From: Eledone cirrhosa
Taxonomy: Eukaryota
Reading direction: 5' to 3'
DNA: 64,000 bases
Assembly (NCBI GenBank): GCA_964016885.1
Contig: OZ024744.1
Location: 75,516,001 to 75,580,000 of the forward strand
The notes beneath the pieces are model-generated. The model searched no databases. It had not been told where the DNA came from and worked only from the letters and a program-made list of their open reading frames with translations. Positions within the stretch are counted from its first letter, which is position 1, and each line of letters opens with the position of its first letter. The position numbers and the translations under genes were made by a program. Of this stretch, positions 15,966 through 29,203 are shown one piece after another.

Positions 15966-16067
15966 ATATAAGTATATATAATATATATATATATATGATA
16001 TATATGTATATATAATATATATTATATTATATATATATGATATATATATATATATATATATATGATA

Positions 16068-16100
<33 letters not shown>

Positions 16101-16213
16101 GATATATATGTATATATAATATATATATATGATATATATGTATATATAATATATATTATATTATATATATATGATATATATATATATATATATATGATAT
16201 ATATATATATATA

Positions 16214-16293
<80 letters not shown>
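15200..16293. repeat. (TA)n tracts interrupted by TGA units
   Basis: Two blocks, 15200-15740 and 15870-16293. Confidence 0.95.
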
Positions 16294-16295
<2 letters not shown>

Positions 16296-16960
16296 CCTGT
16301 CTTTTTAACTGTAAGTCAATGTAATATTTCTTCCTCGACTATATTACATCGTATCTTTCTAGTGTATTGTTTATTTTGTTTTTATGAAGCCATTAATTCC
16401 AAAGTTACCCCAAAACGAAGCTAAACAATATAGGTTTTGTTGTGAGGAGACCTTTCACTTTATAATTCACTTTCCTTTAATCATTAAGTCCCATGTGCGT
16501 CACAGTTATTACCCATAATGTCAGAGCTATCTTTCGTTCCCAGGACCTTATCTTTTGGCAGCAGGAGAGTATAAATTGATTTTGAAAGTTCCACCATTCC
16601 ACAATTACTGACTGTTTCGTTTCATTTTGTTTTTTAATGTCGATATTTTTTTCTGCATTCTTTTGTTATTGTTTTTTTCCTGCACTCTATCAAGTTTATT
16701 TATAATAACTATGTCTATATCGATTTAACTTCTTTATTATTATGCTATAAGCTGGACGTAGAATTAGTAAATTCTTTCTTCGAGAAAACGGGTTATTTAT
16801 TATCAGAATATTGCGAACAAAAGAAAAATGTCAAACGAAGAGCAAATATAAAGAAATGCCGAGTGAAATGTTTTTCTATAACAACTAACAATGTATTAAT
16901 TAACGGTTGTTTCTTGAATATACGAACTCATATATATATATATATATATATATAAATATA

Positions 16961-17037
<77 letters not shown>

Positions 17038-17058
17038 AGAGTGTATGTGAGCGTGTGC

Positions 17059-17262
17059 GAGTGTCTGCGCGCATGTGCGAGTATGCCGTAGAGCAGTGGA
17101 AAAACCCTTTCATTCTGCTGAAACTATGATACATGTTCAATCTCTCTCTCTCCCTATATATATATAGGGAGAGAGAGAGATTGAACATGTATCATAGTTT
17201 CAGCAGAATGAAAGGGTTTTTCCACTGCTCTACGGCATACTCGCACATGCGCGCAGACACTC
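17059..17262. repeat. Perfect 204 bp palindrome centred on (TA)n
   Basis: 17059-17160 is the exact reverse complement of 17161-17262. Confidence 0.95.
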
Positions 17263-17406
17263 TATATATATATATAGCTAGCAAGTCAATATATTCCGGG
17301 CCATTCTATTGTTTTACAAGTCATCTACTATGAAACTAACGGGTGTTCCTCTATGCAAGCGTGCATTTGTTTGTGCGTGTGTGTTTGTGTGTGTATATAT
17401 ACGTAT

Positions 17407-17461
<55 letters not shown>

Positions 17462-18471
17462 GTGCCTGTCTAAGTGTGTTTGTGTTTTTTTACGTTCTAG
17501 AAATTGACCCATTGTTTGTCTAGGCTAGGTAACACTTTTGACAAGGAAGACCAGAAAAGATAGTTTTGAAATAACTGGTTAAGATAACCAACGAAGCGAA
17601 TAGTTTATTCATGCATGACAGCTAGCAGGTGTGTGCGTGCATGCCGGTGTTTTTGTGTACGAGTATATATGCTTGTGTTTGTGTGTATATATATGTGCAC
17701 GCGTGTGTGTGACCGTCCATCCCATCCTCGGAATCTTGGAAGTTAATGACACGCTAGTTGAGCAGAGAAGACTGTATTGAGTTGGAAGAGTGTAGAGGAA
17801 GGAGAAGCAGAATGTGAATGTATTAACGTTCCTTATACAGCGGAATGCCGAGATTTTAAGGTAAAGAGAAGAAAAGGCTAGCTTAAAGGTGGATGTAAGA
17901 GTACGGTTTAAGGTTGCTGCTTTAATTTTTTTTTTTATATTTTCTTACACGTGTCAATATCTTATTTTTAATTCATTTCTACGTAGCAGATCTTTCCTTT
18001 AAATTTAATGTCAAACCAAGTTTCATATTCAGTTAAAATATCAAACCGACTCGACACTTCTTACGACGTCATTGTAAATAAAATCTTATCAATACTTAAG
18101 ACATCTTCCTTAGTAGCAGTCTTGCCGAAATATGGTTCCATCCTCCACATAAAATATATGTTGTTGTTTTAATTTGACCGCAGAAATAGTCATGCTTAAA
18201 CACCCTCATTCAGATTGAGGTTAAAATCCCCCTTTTATCCATATAACCAGGTTTATCTTACGCGTTTTTAAATTTTTAATATACAAGTAGATGTAGAAGT
18301 TAGATAACGCGAGAGTAGCAAGACTATTCATTTCAAAGAGATATCGTTTGAAGTTACAATGTAGTTATAGAAATATAACTACATATATAAATCAAGTGTA
18401 TAAAACAACAGGAATTTATCATCGTTATGAAACATGTGATGTTTGCATGAGAATGTTCATGGTTGCCTTAG

Positions 18472-18842
18472 TTATCCCTTTAGCATTTATTCTATATATA
18501 CGGTGGATAGGCACTATCAGTAGAGTGTCAGAGAGCCTGCTTTGCAGCATAGAGTTATGGCCCTTTATATTCTGAGTTCAAATCCCACCGAGGTTAACTT
18601 TGCCTTTCATCCTTACGGGGTCGATAAAATAAAGTACCAGTAATGCACTGGATAATTGTTGGCCTTGTGCCAAAAGTAGAAACAATTATTCTATATATAC
18701 TATTGTATTTTCGTGGTAAAGGATTTACCTCACATAATATCGAATCTATGAGATTTTGATATTATTTATTTTGAGAACAGTACCTTATCATCAGTATGAG
18801 AATTCTGGCCGGATACAGCCGTTTTAAATGCTAATGGGTTAG
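18472..18842 (+). mobile_element. piggyBac-like MITE interrupted by a SINE-1 (18501-18690)
   Basis: Ends ttat-CCCTTTAGCATTTA and TAAATGCTAATGGG-ttag; SINE flanked by duplicated ttattctatatatac. Confidence 0.8.
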
Positions 18843-20094
18843 AATAGAAGCAGTTATCTTATATCACGGAGAGAACCACATTTGTATGCAAGATAAAAAC
18901 AATTTAAGGTAAGCCAGTAGAAGTCTATGTTGACATACTTGCAGTTAAATCAAACCACAGTATGTCTAAATATTCCTAAATTACAACACAATACAGCACC
19001 TGATGTAACTATAATTTCCTCTAATTCTCTTATTTTAAAAGTTTCGTTATGAAATTATTCCGGAAACAAAAAAGCACCGTATATTTTAATGGAGATTATT
19101 TAGAACAATAATGATGGATCGATTTAATCGAATTTTTATATTATTATTGAATATTGATATTTGTATCATATGATTCTAGGTGTTCATATGATAACGATTG
19201 GCATCATCGCGGAAACCTACATAATTGTAAAAGATATCTATCATGCAGGAAGTGCGTGTCCTGATATACCCACTTAGTAATCCTTGTCTGATACATTTGG
19301 CCAACCAAACCGATGTTGTCTGTGAATGAAAAGTGGCTACTATCTTAGGGTCGACAGGAACAATTTTAATCAACATTGCAAACTAACGAAACACTAGCCA
19401 ATTTTACCATATTGTCGTTGTTTACAGCGGTGTTTTGTTTCCATTTACCCTGCCAGATAAATAATCAGCCTCACAAACCCGCAATTGGCCAAGCGTGGTG
19501 ATTACGGCTACACCCTTGACATGACCAAAACCAAAGCTCAAACAGAAAACGGTGAAGGGGTCAATCAGAGAAGGGTTCCTCCAGTAGGGGTGAAAAGGCT
19601 CTGGATTGAAATGAATATATAATCAAGTACGTGGCTATGAGAATTTAAGAAAGCAACGTACGGTCCTAAGACAATAACCTAGTATCGGTGATGGGATCGG
19701 ATACGAAAATGGACTCACATTTTCGATATCATATAGATTGTCATACGTGCTTATAATATATAAGGAAAGAAATATTCCAATCCATATAAAAAAAGCTAAT
19801 GAGCTGGAAGATATTCGCGACTCAATGTTGTAAATTTGAATGTGTTTTTTTATTCGAATTATCTCCACTCAGATGTTTCCATACCGACACACCGCTATTT
19901 ATGTATCAAATAAAAAAATATCTGAAATCATAATCTATTCACAGCGTTGATATTAAGAGTGTGGTTAAAGAGTTCACTTCGCAACTATGTGAATATATTT
20001 TCAACCCGTTTGGAAATAAATACCTGCTAATATAGGGTATTATAAATTGTGAAAAGAATTGCTAGATAAAAACTGCGACGCCAATCGTGTATAT

Positions 20095-20187
20095 ATATGA
20101 AAAATAGTCGTTTTGGAAGCCTCAACAATGCAGATGGGTAAATCTTAAGGTAAATGTTAAGGCTTCCAAAACGACTATTTTTCATAT
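20095..20187. repeat. Short fold-back, about 27 bp arms
   Basis: atatgaaaaatagtcgttttggaagcc ... ggcttccaaaacgactatttttcatat. Confidence 0.85.
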
Positions 20188-20804
20188 TCCACAATGCTTC
20201 AAGCAAACTTTAACACTCTCTTATGTATATATATATATGTGTATGTATACATACACACACATATATACATAAGTATATATGCACACACACATATATTTGG
20301 CGTGAGAAAGAGATAGACATAGCTACATACATATATACATATATATACGTATATATAGATATATATGTGTGTGTATATATATATAGTAGGAGAAGAGATA
20401 GATATACCTATTTATATATGTTTGTGTGAGTGAGTATGCGTGTGAAATGATAGTGTATCTATATGTTTAGTTCTTTGTATGTGTATCAGCGAAGGATTTA
20501 AAATATCAACAAAAACAAAATTGTTCTTCGAACGAAGTCCTTTTACATCTTATTACCAATAACCCCATATAAGTTTCGCCTTTTATAAATTCGTAAACCA
20601 GTGATGATCCTGTTGGAAATCTATAAGCAACGAGGGTTTTTTTTTGTTTTGTTTTTTTATCAGACATTCTGATATAAATTAAATTGAATATATAGGAGAG
20701 ATTATATTTCATAACAAAAAAATTAATCATTAATCTATGGTTTCTTTACATTTTACACAAGAAAAAAATTCAATAAATAAAAATAAAAAGTCATTGAATG
20801 TTAC

Positions 20805-20959
20805 CTGAACTCTCGATTCTGGAAGGTTGATCTTTAGTGCTACCTCTTCACGCATGAATATATCCGGGTAGCGAGTTTTCTGGAATAAAGCTTCCAGTAC
20901 GTCAAGCTGAGCTCGTGAGAACGTTGTTCTCTCTCTTCTCTGTTTGCGAGGATTGGCGG
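20805..20959 (-). CDS. Otx: Otx homeobox exon (helices 1-2 and start of helix 3)
   Basis: Acceptor ttttgctctccag|CC GCC AAT, reads [51 protein letters not shown], donor CAG|gtaac at the canonical PRD-class Q46/V47 intron position. Needs a phase-1 upstream exon. Confidence 0.97.
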
Positions 20960-21079
20960 CTGGAGAGCAAAAGTCAACTTTAGTTAAAATTATTGAAATA
21001 TTCCGGATTGATGAAAACAGAAAAATTACACACACGCATATATATATATATGAATGTTTATTATAAATGTATTTTAATA

Positions 21080-21283
21080 TTAACCTTTTAGCATTTAAAC
21101 CGGCCGTATCCAGCCATAATTCTCTCACCTTTTTCTGTTCAAACTGTCCGCATACTGATGTTAAGATATTGTTCTCAAAATAAATAATATCAAAATCTCA
21201 TAGATTCGATATTATGTGAGATAAAGCCTTTACCGCGAAAATTCAATAGTATATATAGAATAATGTAAATGCTAAAGGGTTAA
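21080..21283 (-). mobile_element. piggyBac-like MITE
   Basis: TTAA at both ends with TIRs CCTTTTAGCATTTA / TAAATGCTAAAGGG; inverted copy of 18472-18842. Confidence 0.85.
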
Positions 21284-21677
21284 CACTTCCATTGCTATTT
21301 TTCTAATGAAAGAGAATACCATGATTTTAAACAATAAAGAATTTTATGGGATTTAGTAATACAACTATCCTTCTCATAATTAGTTTTGTTTTTGGAGCAT
21401 AACGTAACCAAAGTGCTTACTTACTCAGGAATTTCGTGTATACGATTACAAACCGACTAGGAGAGACTCAGCTTGGTCTCTTGACCAGCTAAGAAATAAC
21501 AAGCAAATCTGACACATATCATCCCACTGTCGAACAACAGAAAGACACATTGAGTAATATAGATTTGGGTGTCAGATCTGAAACGGCTGTAACTTAAAGT
21601 CTACTTGATAGAACGATGTCCTACAACTATACAACAACATCAATATTTACTTTCAGTCAACAGACATTTAGTCCGAG

Positions 21678-21940
21678 CACGTGGCCTAATTGTAACGGTG
21701 TTGGACGTACGATCATAATGGTGTGGGTTCGATTCTTGAGCGAAACACTTCATTTCACGTTGCTCCAGTATACTCAGCTGAAAATTAGTACCAGCAATAT
21801 CTGTGAGTTTAACCCTGCGATTGACTGGAGTCTTGTCCAGGATGTAGTCTTGTACTCTCACTCGCTTCACGCCATTAAACCGGGATAAGTACCGACATAA
21901 GTAGCCTTCTGGCTTAAGACTGACTGCGGACTGGACTGGA
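21678..21940 (+). mobile_element. tRNA-derived CORE-like SINE, diverged
   Basis: A box TGGCCTAATTG, B box GGTTCGATTC, then cttgagcgaaacacttcatttcacgttgctccag as in SINE-2. Confidence 0.7.
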
Positions 21941-22237
21941 CAACAAACATGCTATGAATACTCAGAAGTCGAAAACCCTCAAAGGCCACAATGCCATTTT
22001 TGGAGTACTATTTCATTGTGGGTTCAGAGAGAAATGCAATTAGAGAGAGTTGTAGCGCAGAAAGTCCTAACGTAATACGTTTGGCAAAAACGATTTCTCT
22101 TTTGGCTTTCAGATCAAATGTGAAGACAAATCTCTTTTTGGAAATTCCAGCTGAAAATTGTCTTTCAAATTCTTAGACTTATGTTTAAATGAATGGACGA
22201 CAATTGTGACTTTGAACATTATTATTTCTGTGTGTGA

Positions 22238-22430
22238 GGGCGGTGGGTTGGCAGTATCGGTATAGGATCGGACGCCATGCTTTGCAGCATAGCGTTACGG
22301 CCCTTTATGATCTGAGTTCAAATCCCGTCGAGGTTAACTTTACCTTTCATCCTTACGGGGTCGATAAAATAAAGTACCAGTAATGCAATGGGGTAATTGT
22401 TGACCTTGTGCCAAAAGTAGAAACAATTAT
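22238..22430 (+). mobile_element. SINE-1 with TSD
   Basis: Consensus match; attatttctgtgtgtg on both sides. Confidence 0.9.
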
Positions 22431-22906
22431 TTCTGTGTGTGTGAGTGTGTGCTTATGGTGCCATATACGTGTTTTATTATTATTAAACACTTTCTACCGT
22501 TCGTTGTTATATGAATATGTAGGCCCATCACCACCACCACCACCACCACCACCACTACTACTACTACAACGGGTATGGTATTCATGTAGCTACCTTATAT
22601 AACCTCCCACTATCTCTAATTTATTTCTAATTAAGTAAATCATTTATTATTCTTTACTACTATTTAAAATGCTATTTAAACTTTTGATTTTCTGACTTCT
22701 ATACTATTCCTTTATCTCTCTCACTGACAAACACATGCACACAGAAATATTTATACAAACGCACATTCCTTCATTAATACACAGACAAACGCACACATAT
22801 ATATATATATGTGTGTGCATACATAGGCATACACATGCTCTCATTAATACATACACACACACTAGCATGAATACACATAGGAATACACAATCACTCATTA
22901 ACCCAT

Positions 22907-22945
<39 letters not shown>

Positions 22946-23839
22946 CGCATACCATTTCATTTCCATTAAGGCCATCTTTCAAGATTCCCATCATCATCAT
23001 CGCCACCATAATCACCATCATGGCCGTTGTTGACGTCTTAATTTCTAATAACTTCACTACTTCTCAATTTGGCTCACACAGCCAACTCTTATTCTCACCC
23101 ATCTCTCTCTCTCTCTCTCTCACGAACACTTTTTTAATTCCTCATAATAAATAACATTTCTCTTATTTGCTCTTCTTTTTCCATTTTCTCTCCTTTTATC
23201 CAACCCGATACACATACATTTCATTCCACACACACTCATACATACATATATACACAATCACACACGCACGTAATCCTACAACGCCACCCTCACACTCTAT
23301 TATTTGGTAATTATGTTGTTTCGTTTCTTTTATTGTTTGTTTTGTTGTTGTTGTTTTTTTTTGGGGGGGGGGTTACTTTCTTTATTTTACGGCAGCAAAC
23401 GACCAATCTTTCGCCCTACCACGTTGAATACTACCCTACCCTACACTTACATCTTACTTCCAACCACATATCCCCCCCCCTACCCAATCATTTTTATCTC
23501 ATCTCTTGCATTCATTCATTTCACATTACCCTGAATTCTTTCTTTCTTTATTATCTCACTCACACACATTACATTCATTCATACACGCGCACGCTGACTC
23601 CCCTCGTTTCCACTCACTCCCTTTTTATTCTGCTATTACCGCCATTCCCACAACCATGTGTGTGTGTGTGTGTGTCTGTGTTTTCCTCGACCTACTGTCG
23701 TTCCCACCCAAATCCTTTTCTAACCAATTTCCACTTCCCTCTTCGGTCACATTCTTCTCCTCTCCTTTTCAATTGACAGAAGCTTTTCGACCAAACATCA
23801 AACAACAAACACCAAATAAACGTCTCCACTTTACCGATT

Positions 23840-23982
23840 CTACCACTACCACCATTAACAACAACAATAACTACATCATCATCACCACCACCACCCCCAC
23901 CATCACTACCACCATTAACAACAACAATAACTACATCATCACCACCACCACCACCATTAACAACAACAATAATAACACCACC

Positions 23983-24032
<50 letters not shown>

Positions 24033-24035
24033 AAT
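23840..24035. repeat. ACC/AAC trinucleotide array with internal tandem duplication
   Basis: cactaccaccattaacaacaacaataactacatcatc repeated. Confidence 0.9.
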
Positions 24036-24974
24036 TACCATCACAACCCCCCTACCAATGTCTACGATTTGCTCAACCCCTTTCACTCTTCAGCCGTCTC
24101 CTTTATATTTTTCTCCCATCCCTAACCTTCTCCTCGTTTTACGTTCCTACCTCATCATGTCTCTTTTCCACGTCTTCATCTCGTTTGGTTCGCTTTACAC
24201 ACACACACACACAGACACACTCACACACTTTCTCCATAGACAACAACTTTATGTCCAAACACAACCCCCCCCCCCCCCACACACACACACACACGCATAT
24301 TACCCCATCCCACCGGCCCAAAAAGGGAAGCCGCACACCTACACACTAACCCTAACCCTCAAGGAAAATCTACTCCAACTCACCTTCACCTCACACTCCA
24401 AATCTCTACTGCCACTCCAAATTCTTCTTTTACCACATGCCTCTCTCTCTCTCTCTCTCTGTGTGTCTCCTGCCTTACTTCTGACACCAACTTCTATTTG
24501 TCCTAACCCCTCTACATTCACAGACCACTTTTCAATACCCATCGTTCTCCTATATTCCCTCATAACCACGTCATATCTCCCCCTAATCAAACTTACACCA
24601 CCCCCTTTCTCGATGACTACTGATTCCCACCCTTACTCACAACTCACAATGTGCAACACTTTGCCTGTTTATCCTTCCTATGATTTATTATTCATTACCC
24701 ACGAACGCAAAACAAGAACAACAGAAAACAAAAACAAAAAAGAAAGAAAGCATGAAGAACATCAATAACAACAACAAAAACAAACTAAAATATGTTTTAA
24801 AAAAACATTATCATTAGAATAATCCTCACCATATCCACCATCATCATCACCATCATAGACCTAGTGACATGTGTATAGCTACTGCCTCCTCCGCAGCTAG
24901 AAGCATGCCCGCGTGTTCACGTACTCAACCACCAACACACACGCACACACACATATATATATATATATTTATAT

Positions 24975-25011
<37 letters not shown>

Positions 25012-25291
25012 AACACACACATGTATATATATATACACACATATATATATATATATATATACATATATATATACACACACATATTTAGATATTTACATAC
25101 ACATATATATATACACATATAAATATATATATTTATATACACATATATACACACACACATATATATGCATATATACATAGGAAATGAAAAACAATAAAAT
25201 TCTTAAGAATCAATTCATAAGCTTACAATGTTTGCCAATATATATAGTTTTTGGCACCTCAACTTATATGTGTTTATATCTGTGATATGTG

Positions 25292-25387
<96 letters not shown>

Positions 25388-25463
25388 TATATGTATATAT
25401 ATATATATACACACACACATATATATACACACACATATATAAACACACATATATATATATATA

Positions 25464-25571
25464 TAGTAATAATAATAAATTTGAAGACTAAAATCCAAAG
25501 AGGGTTCGATAAGTTTTCAGAAGATCCCGTTAAGGGTGAAAGCAGCGATTCTTTGCTTAAACTTTAATCTG

Positions 25572-25580
<9 letters not shown>
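25464..25580 (+). mobile_element. Family I element with hammerhead-like motif (25511-25564)
   Basis: AAGUUUU-CAGAAGA-UCCC guuaa GGGU-GAAA-GCA...UGC-UU/AAACUU. Other partial copies at about 40000-40058(-), 47727-47785(-), 55170-55278(-), 58438-58567(+), all in (TA)n. Confidence 0.65.
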
Positions 25581-25653
<73 letters not shown>

Positions 25654-25985
25654 TATATAATCGTGTGTGTTGATATGTAATGGCCATGATAATGTATTAT
25701 GTATACTATATAAGACAACACACGCACATTGACGCGCGCGCGCGCTAATAATTTGATGAATATATGAAGACAAATATAATTAGAGAGAAAAACACATGCA
25801 CTTATTCATTACTGTTTTCGCAGGTTTCAGTCAGAGGACGGCGGCCATATTGTATGCATGTATATATACATATATATGTGTGTGTGTGTGTTGGGGGGGG
25901 GTCTCTCTATATATATGTGCATGTGTATATATATATGTATATATATATATATATATACATGTGTGTATATATATATATATATATA

Positions 25986-26182
25986 AAACAAAGGAATTGT
26001 GGTAAGGAACCAGATGGACCATAACGCACCAGAGTACTCAATACTTAGGGTAGTAGAGTGGGAAATAGGAAAAAGTAAGACCCCGACGGCAGAGCTCAAG
26101 CCGTTTCGACGGTTATTTCTGGAGTCCAGAAATAGCCGTCGAAACGGCTTGAGCTCTGCCGTCGAGGGTCTTACTTTTTCCT

Positions 26183-26183
<1 letters not shown>
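25986..26183. mobile_element. Family A fold-back element
   Basis: Long minus arm plus short inverted arm, TA-flanked. Confidence 0.9.
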
Positions 26184-26248
<65 letters not shown>

Positions 26249-27194
26249 GCATGTGTGTGTATATATATATATGTGTGTGTGTGTCTCTCTTTGTATATAT
26301 ATTTGCATGTGTATGTATATATATATATATACATGCGTATAAATTTATATATATATGCATGTGTGTATATTTTTATATATATATAAACACAGACACACAC
26401 ACACACACACACACCTATACGAATAGACTAACAAACACCCACATAATTAGTGTTAGCCTCTGCCTTCCCCTTTCTATTCTCTTTCTTTCTCCTTAATGAA
26501 TTGAGTAACGTAACAATTCTTTCGTGTTTACATCCCGTTTTCTCACAGCTATGAAAAGGAAGCGATTTCATTTGAAAGCTGTATATTTGTTGACCTTATA
26601 TGGTTCAGTTCTCACCCTTACGACAATCACACGAACAATTCTTGAGAATCTTGTAAGAATTCCCTACCACCACATGTCCATCCGCCAATCTCTTCCCACT
26701 CTTAACTTTGCATGGATTTTTGCCCAATGAATCTCTTCCCATTTCCTCTGCAAATATCTCATGTATCTATTATAAAGTACATGTATGAGCATATATTTGT
26801 ATGCGAAGATTCGTGTATATATGAATTTACACACACATCACAGACACACACACGTACAAACACGCATACATACACCCGTCCATAGAATGTTGATGTTTAT
26901 AGTTTTGAGCACAAACTATATTTATAGAAAACTATATATATACATATATATATATATATAGAAAAAAAATGTGGATGAGAAAAAAAATCCAACACACCTA
27001 CACGATTTGGGAAAACATATCCTCTCACTGGACTCCGCCATATTGAGGCATTGTCTTTAAAGGGTTAGGGTTTTAGTAAATCACATAATCCCTAGTATGT
27101 ATTTCAATCTGGTATTTATTTTGTATATTGACTATTTTCATTTGTAATTGGTCTATTCTTAACTACCGTTTAGACTCTTGTTTCATGCATGTGT

Positions 27195-27260
<66 letters not shown>

Positions 27261-27262
27261 GT

Positions 27263-27397
27263 ATGAAAATTTTGGGACCCGACTGCTGAGCTCCAGCCGT
27301 TTCAACAGCTAGATCTAGCTGTTTTTCATATTACCCACTCTTCTACCCCAAGTATCGAGTACTCTGGTGAGTAATGGTCTAACTGATTGTTACCGCC
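27263..27397. mobile_element. Diverged family A fold-back
   Basis: ttacccactc...gagtactctggtg tail plus inverted gacccgactgctgagctc arm. Confidence 0.7.
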
Positions 27398-27893
27398 TCC
27401 ATCAATCTTCGAAATTCCTCTTTGGATTAGGAGGCACCAAATGTGCCGTGTTGTGTTGGTAATAAACCCGGAATTGTAATTCTGAAGCAAATCCTTTAAA
27501 CACGAAGCCATGTCTGCACTAATGACATAAACAAATTTAACCACTGACCATGCAAAACTGTGTTGTAAGCGTGTATTGGCCAGCAGGGCTAGAAGTAAAT
27601 CTATTTTCATCTGTTCGAAGATTCTAAGTTATCAAATGGAGATTGAACTTAGACTCCAATCGAAGGAATACATGTGATAAAATTGAAATTGCGTCCAACC
27701 TTTGCACATCAAAGTGATCAACTGGTGTCGTAGACATAAAATATCTTGTTTATAAAAATATTCTCATATTTTATAGTAGAGGTACAGTGTACATAAGGTT
27801 AGTAGAGAGAATATATTACAGTATATATTGAAATGCATTATACACTGACACTCACATACACAAACATACATATATACAGAGAGAGAGAGAGGA

Positions 27894-27981
<88 letters not shown>

Positions 27982-28639
27982 AAAGAAAGAGAACGAAAGT
28001 GACTGACAAGGAGGATAATTCTCAATACCATTTCTGTCCCATACTATTCCTCTCACTCACACCAGCTTTGTACTTATCGACAAGTTTGATCGAACTCGAT
28101 CTTAACCACACACGAACCATTCAATTGAAACCTACTATAGTCTCTGTCGTTGATATTCTAATATAAGAGAGAAATGGTATGGCATCATAAGTACATCTTT
28201 ATATTATTTAGTCTCGCCCATCAGTTGTCTTTCGTTTCATTTATACGAGAGCGATAAAATAAGTACTTCTTATATTCTAGAATCGATTCACTCAAATACA
28301 TACATGTCTCCAACAAACGTTTGGCAATGTGATAAAGTGCATTATAATTATCATCGTTGCTCTCATTTATTATTGAAATAATAGAACAGTGCTGTCAATA
28401 ATGACGACGATAGAGTTGAATGTATTTAATTTTTGGTCTCCAGGATTGGTATGCCATATATACCAGAAGTTTTTGATATATGAACAATCATAAAGACTAG
28501 TAAATTACGTTTTGAAAAATTAATGGTTTGCCAAAGAGAAACCCTATATTTTATGTTGGTTACTGACACGTGGACGTAATTAAAATACAAATATTTCAAT
28601 AATATATTTCTAGGATGCAACTAATTAAATTTTGTTCTG

Positions 28640-28965
28640 AAGGACAAGCACGTCCCATAGAAGGTCACGATCTCCTTCTACAAGACGACACCAGGTCCAA
28701 TCCTGCTGCATGAGTGTGAGTGTTAGACTCTGAAGAAGCAGAGCAAACTCCGGTACTGACAACGGTGACGTGGGTCCAACTCCGAAACGTCGTCATTAGA
28801 GAGGAACACATATGGAAGATTCAACGAAGAGAATGTCCATACCCCGGTGGTATGGACATATCCGGTGTATTGAAGACACGAACAGACAGCCGGCAAAGAA
28901 AAGATCAGGATGACGTCTACGGAAAAGATGGCTCAACAGAGCATCAAGGAAGGAGGGCGTAGAGG
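28640..28965 (+). mobile_element. Decayed RTE-like LINE fragment
   Basis: DKHVP*KV...PILLHECEC*TL resembles the RTE LLYGCECWTL region. Confidence 0.55.
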
Positions 28966-28985
28966 AGATCAATAATGTTGACCAA

Positions 28986-29203
28986 GGGCGGTGGATTGGC
29001 AGTATCACTAGAGGGTCTGACGCCATGCTTTGCAGCATAGAATTACGGCCCTTTATGATCTGTGTTCAAATCCCACAGAGGTTAACTTTGCTTTCATCCT
29101 TACGGGGTCGATAAGATAAAGTACCAGTCACGCACTGGGGTCGATTTAATTGACTTTCTCCTCCCCCAAAATTGCTGGCTTTGTGCCTATATAAGAAACC
29201 AAT
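28986..29203 (+). mobile_element. SINE-1 long variant with TSD
   Basis: caataatgttgacca on both sides. Confidence 0.9.

Noticed and set aside
23506-24768. 420 aa plus-strand ORF
   Set aside because: G-poor low-complexity intron strand with trinucleotide repeats; no domain, antisense to Otx.
27326-27610. ORF containing MASCLKD as possible Otx exon 1
   Set aside because: The apparent G|gtaac donor is the end of a diverged family A element and the peptide lacks other Otx N-terminal features.
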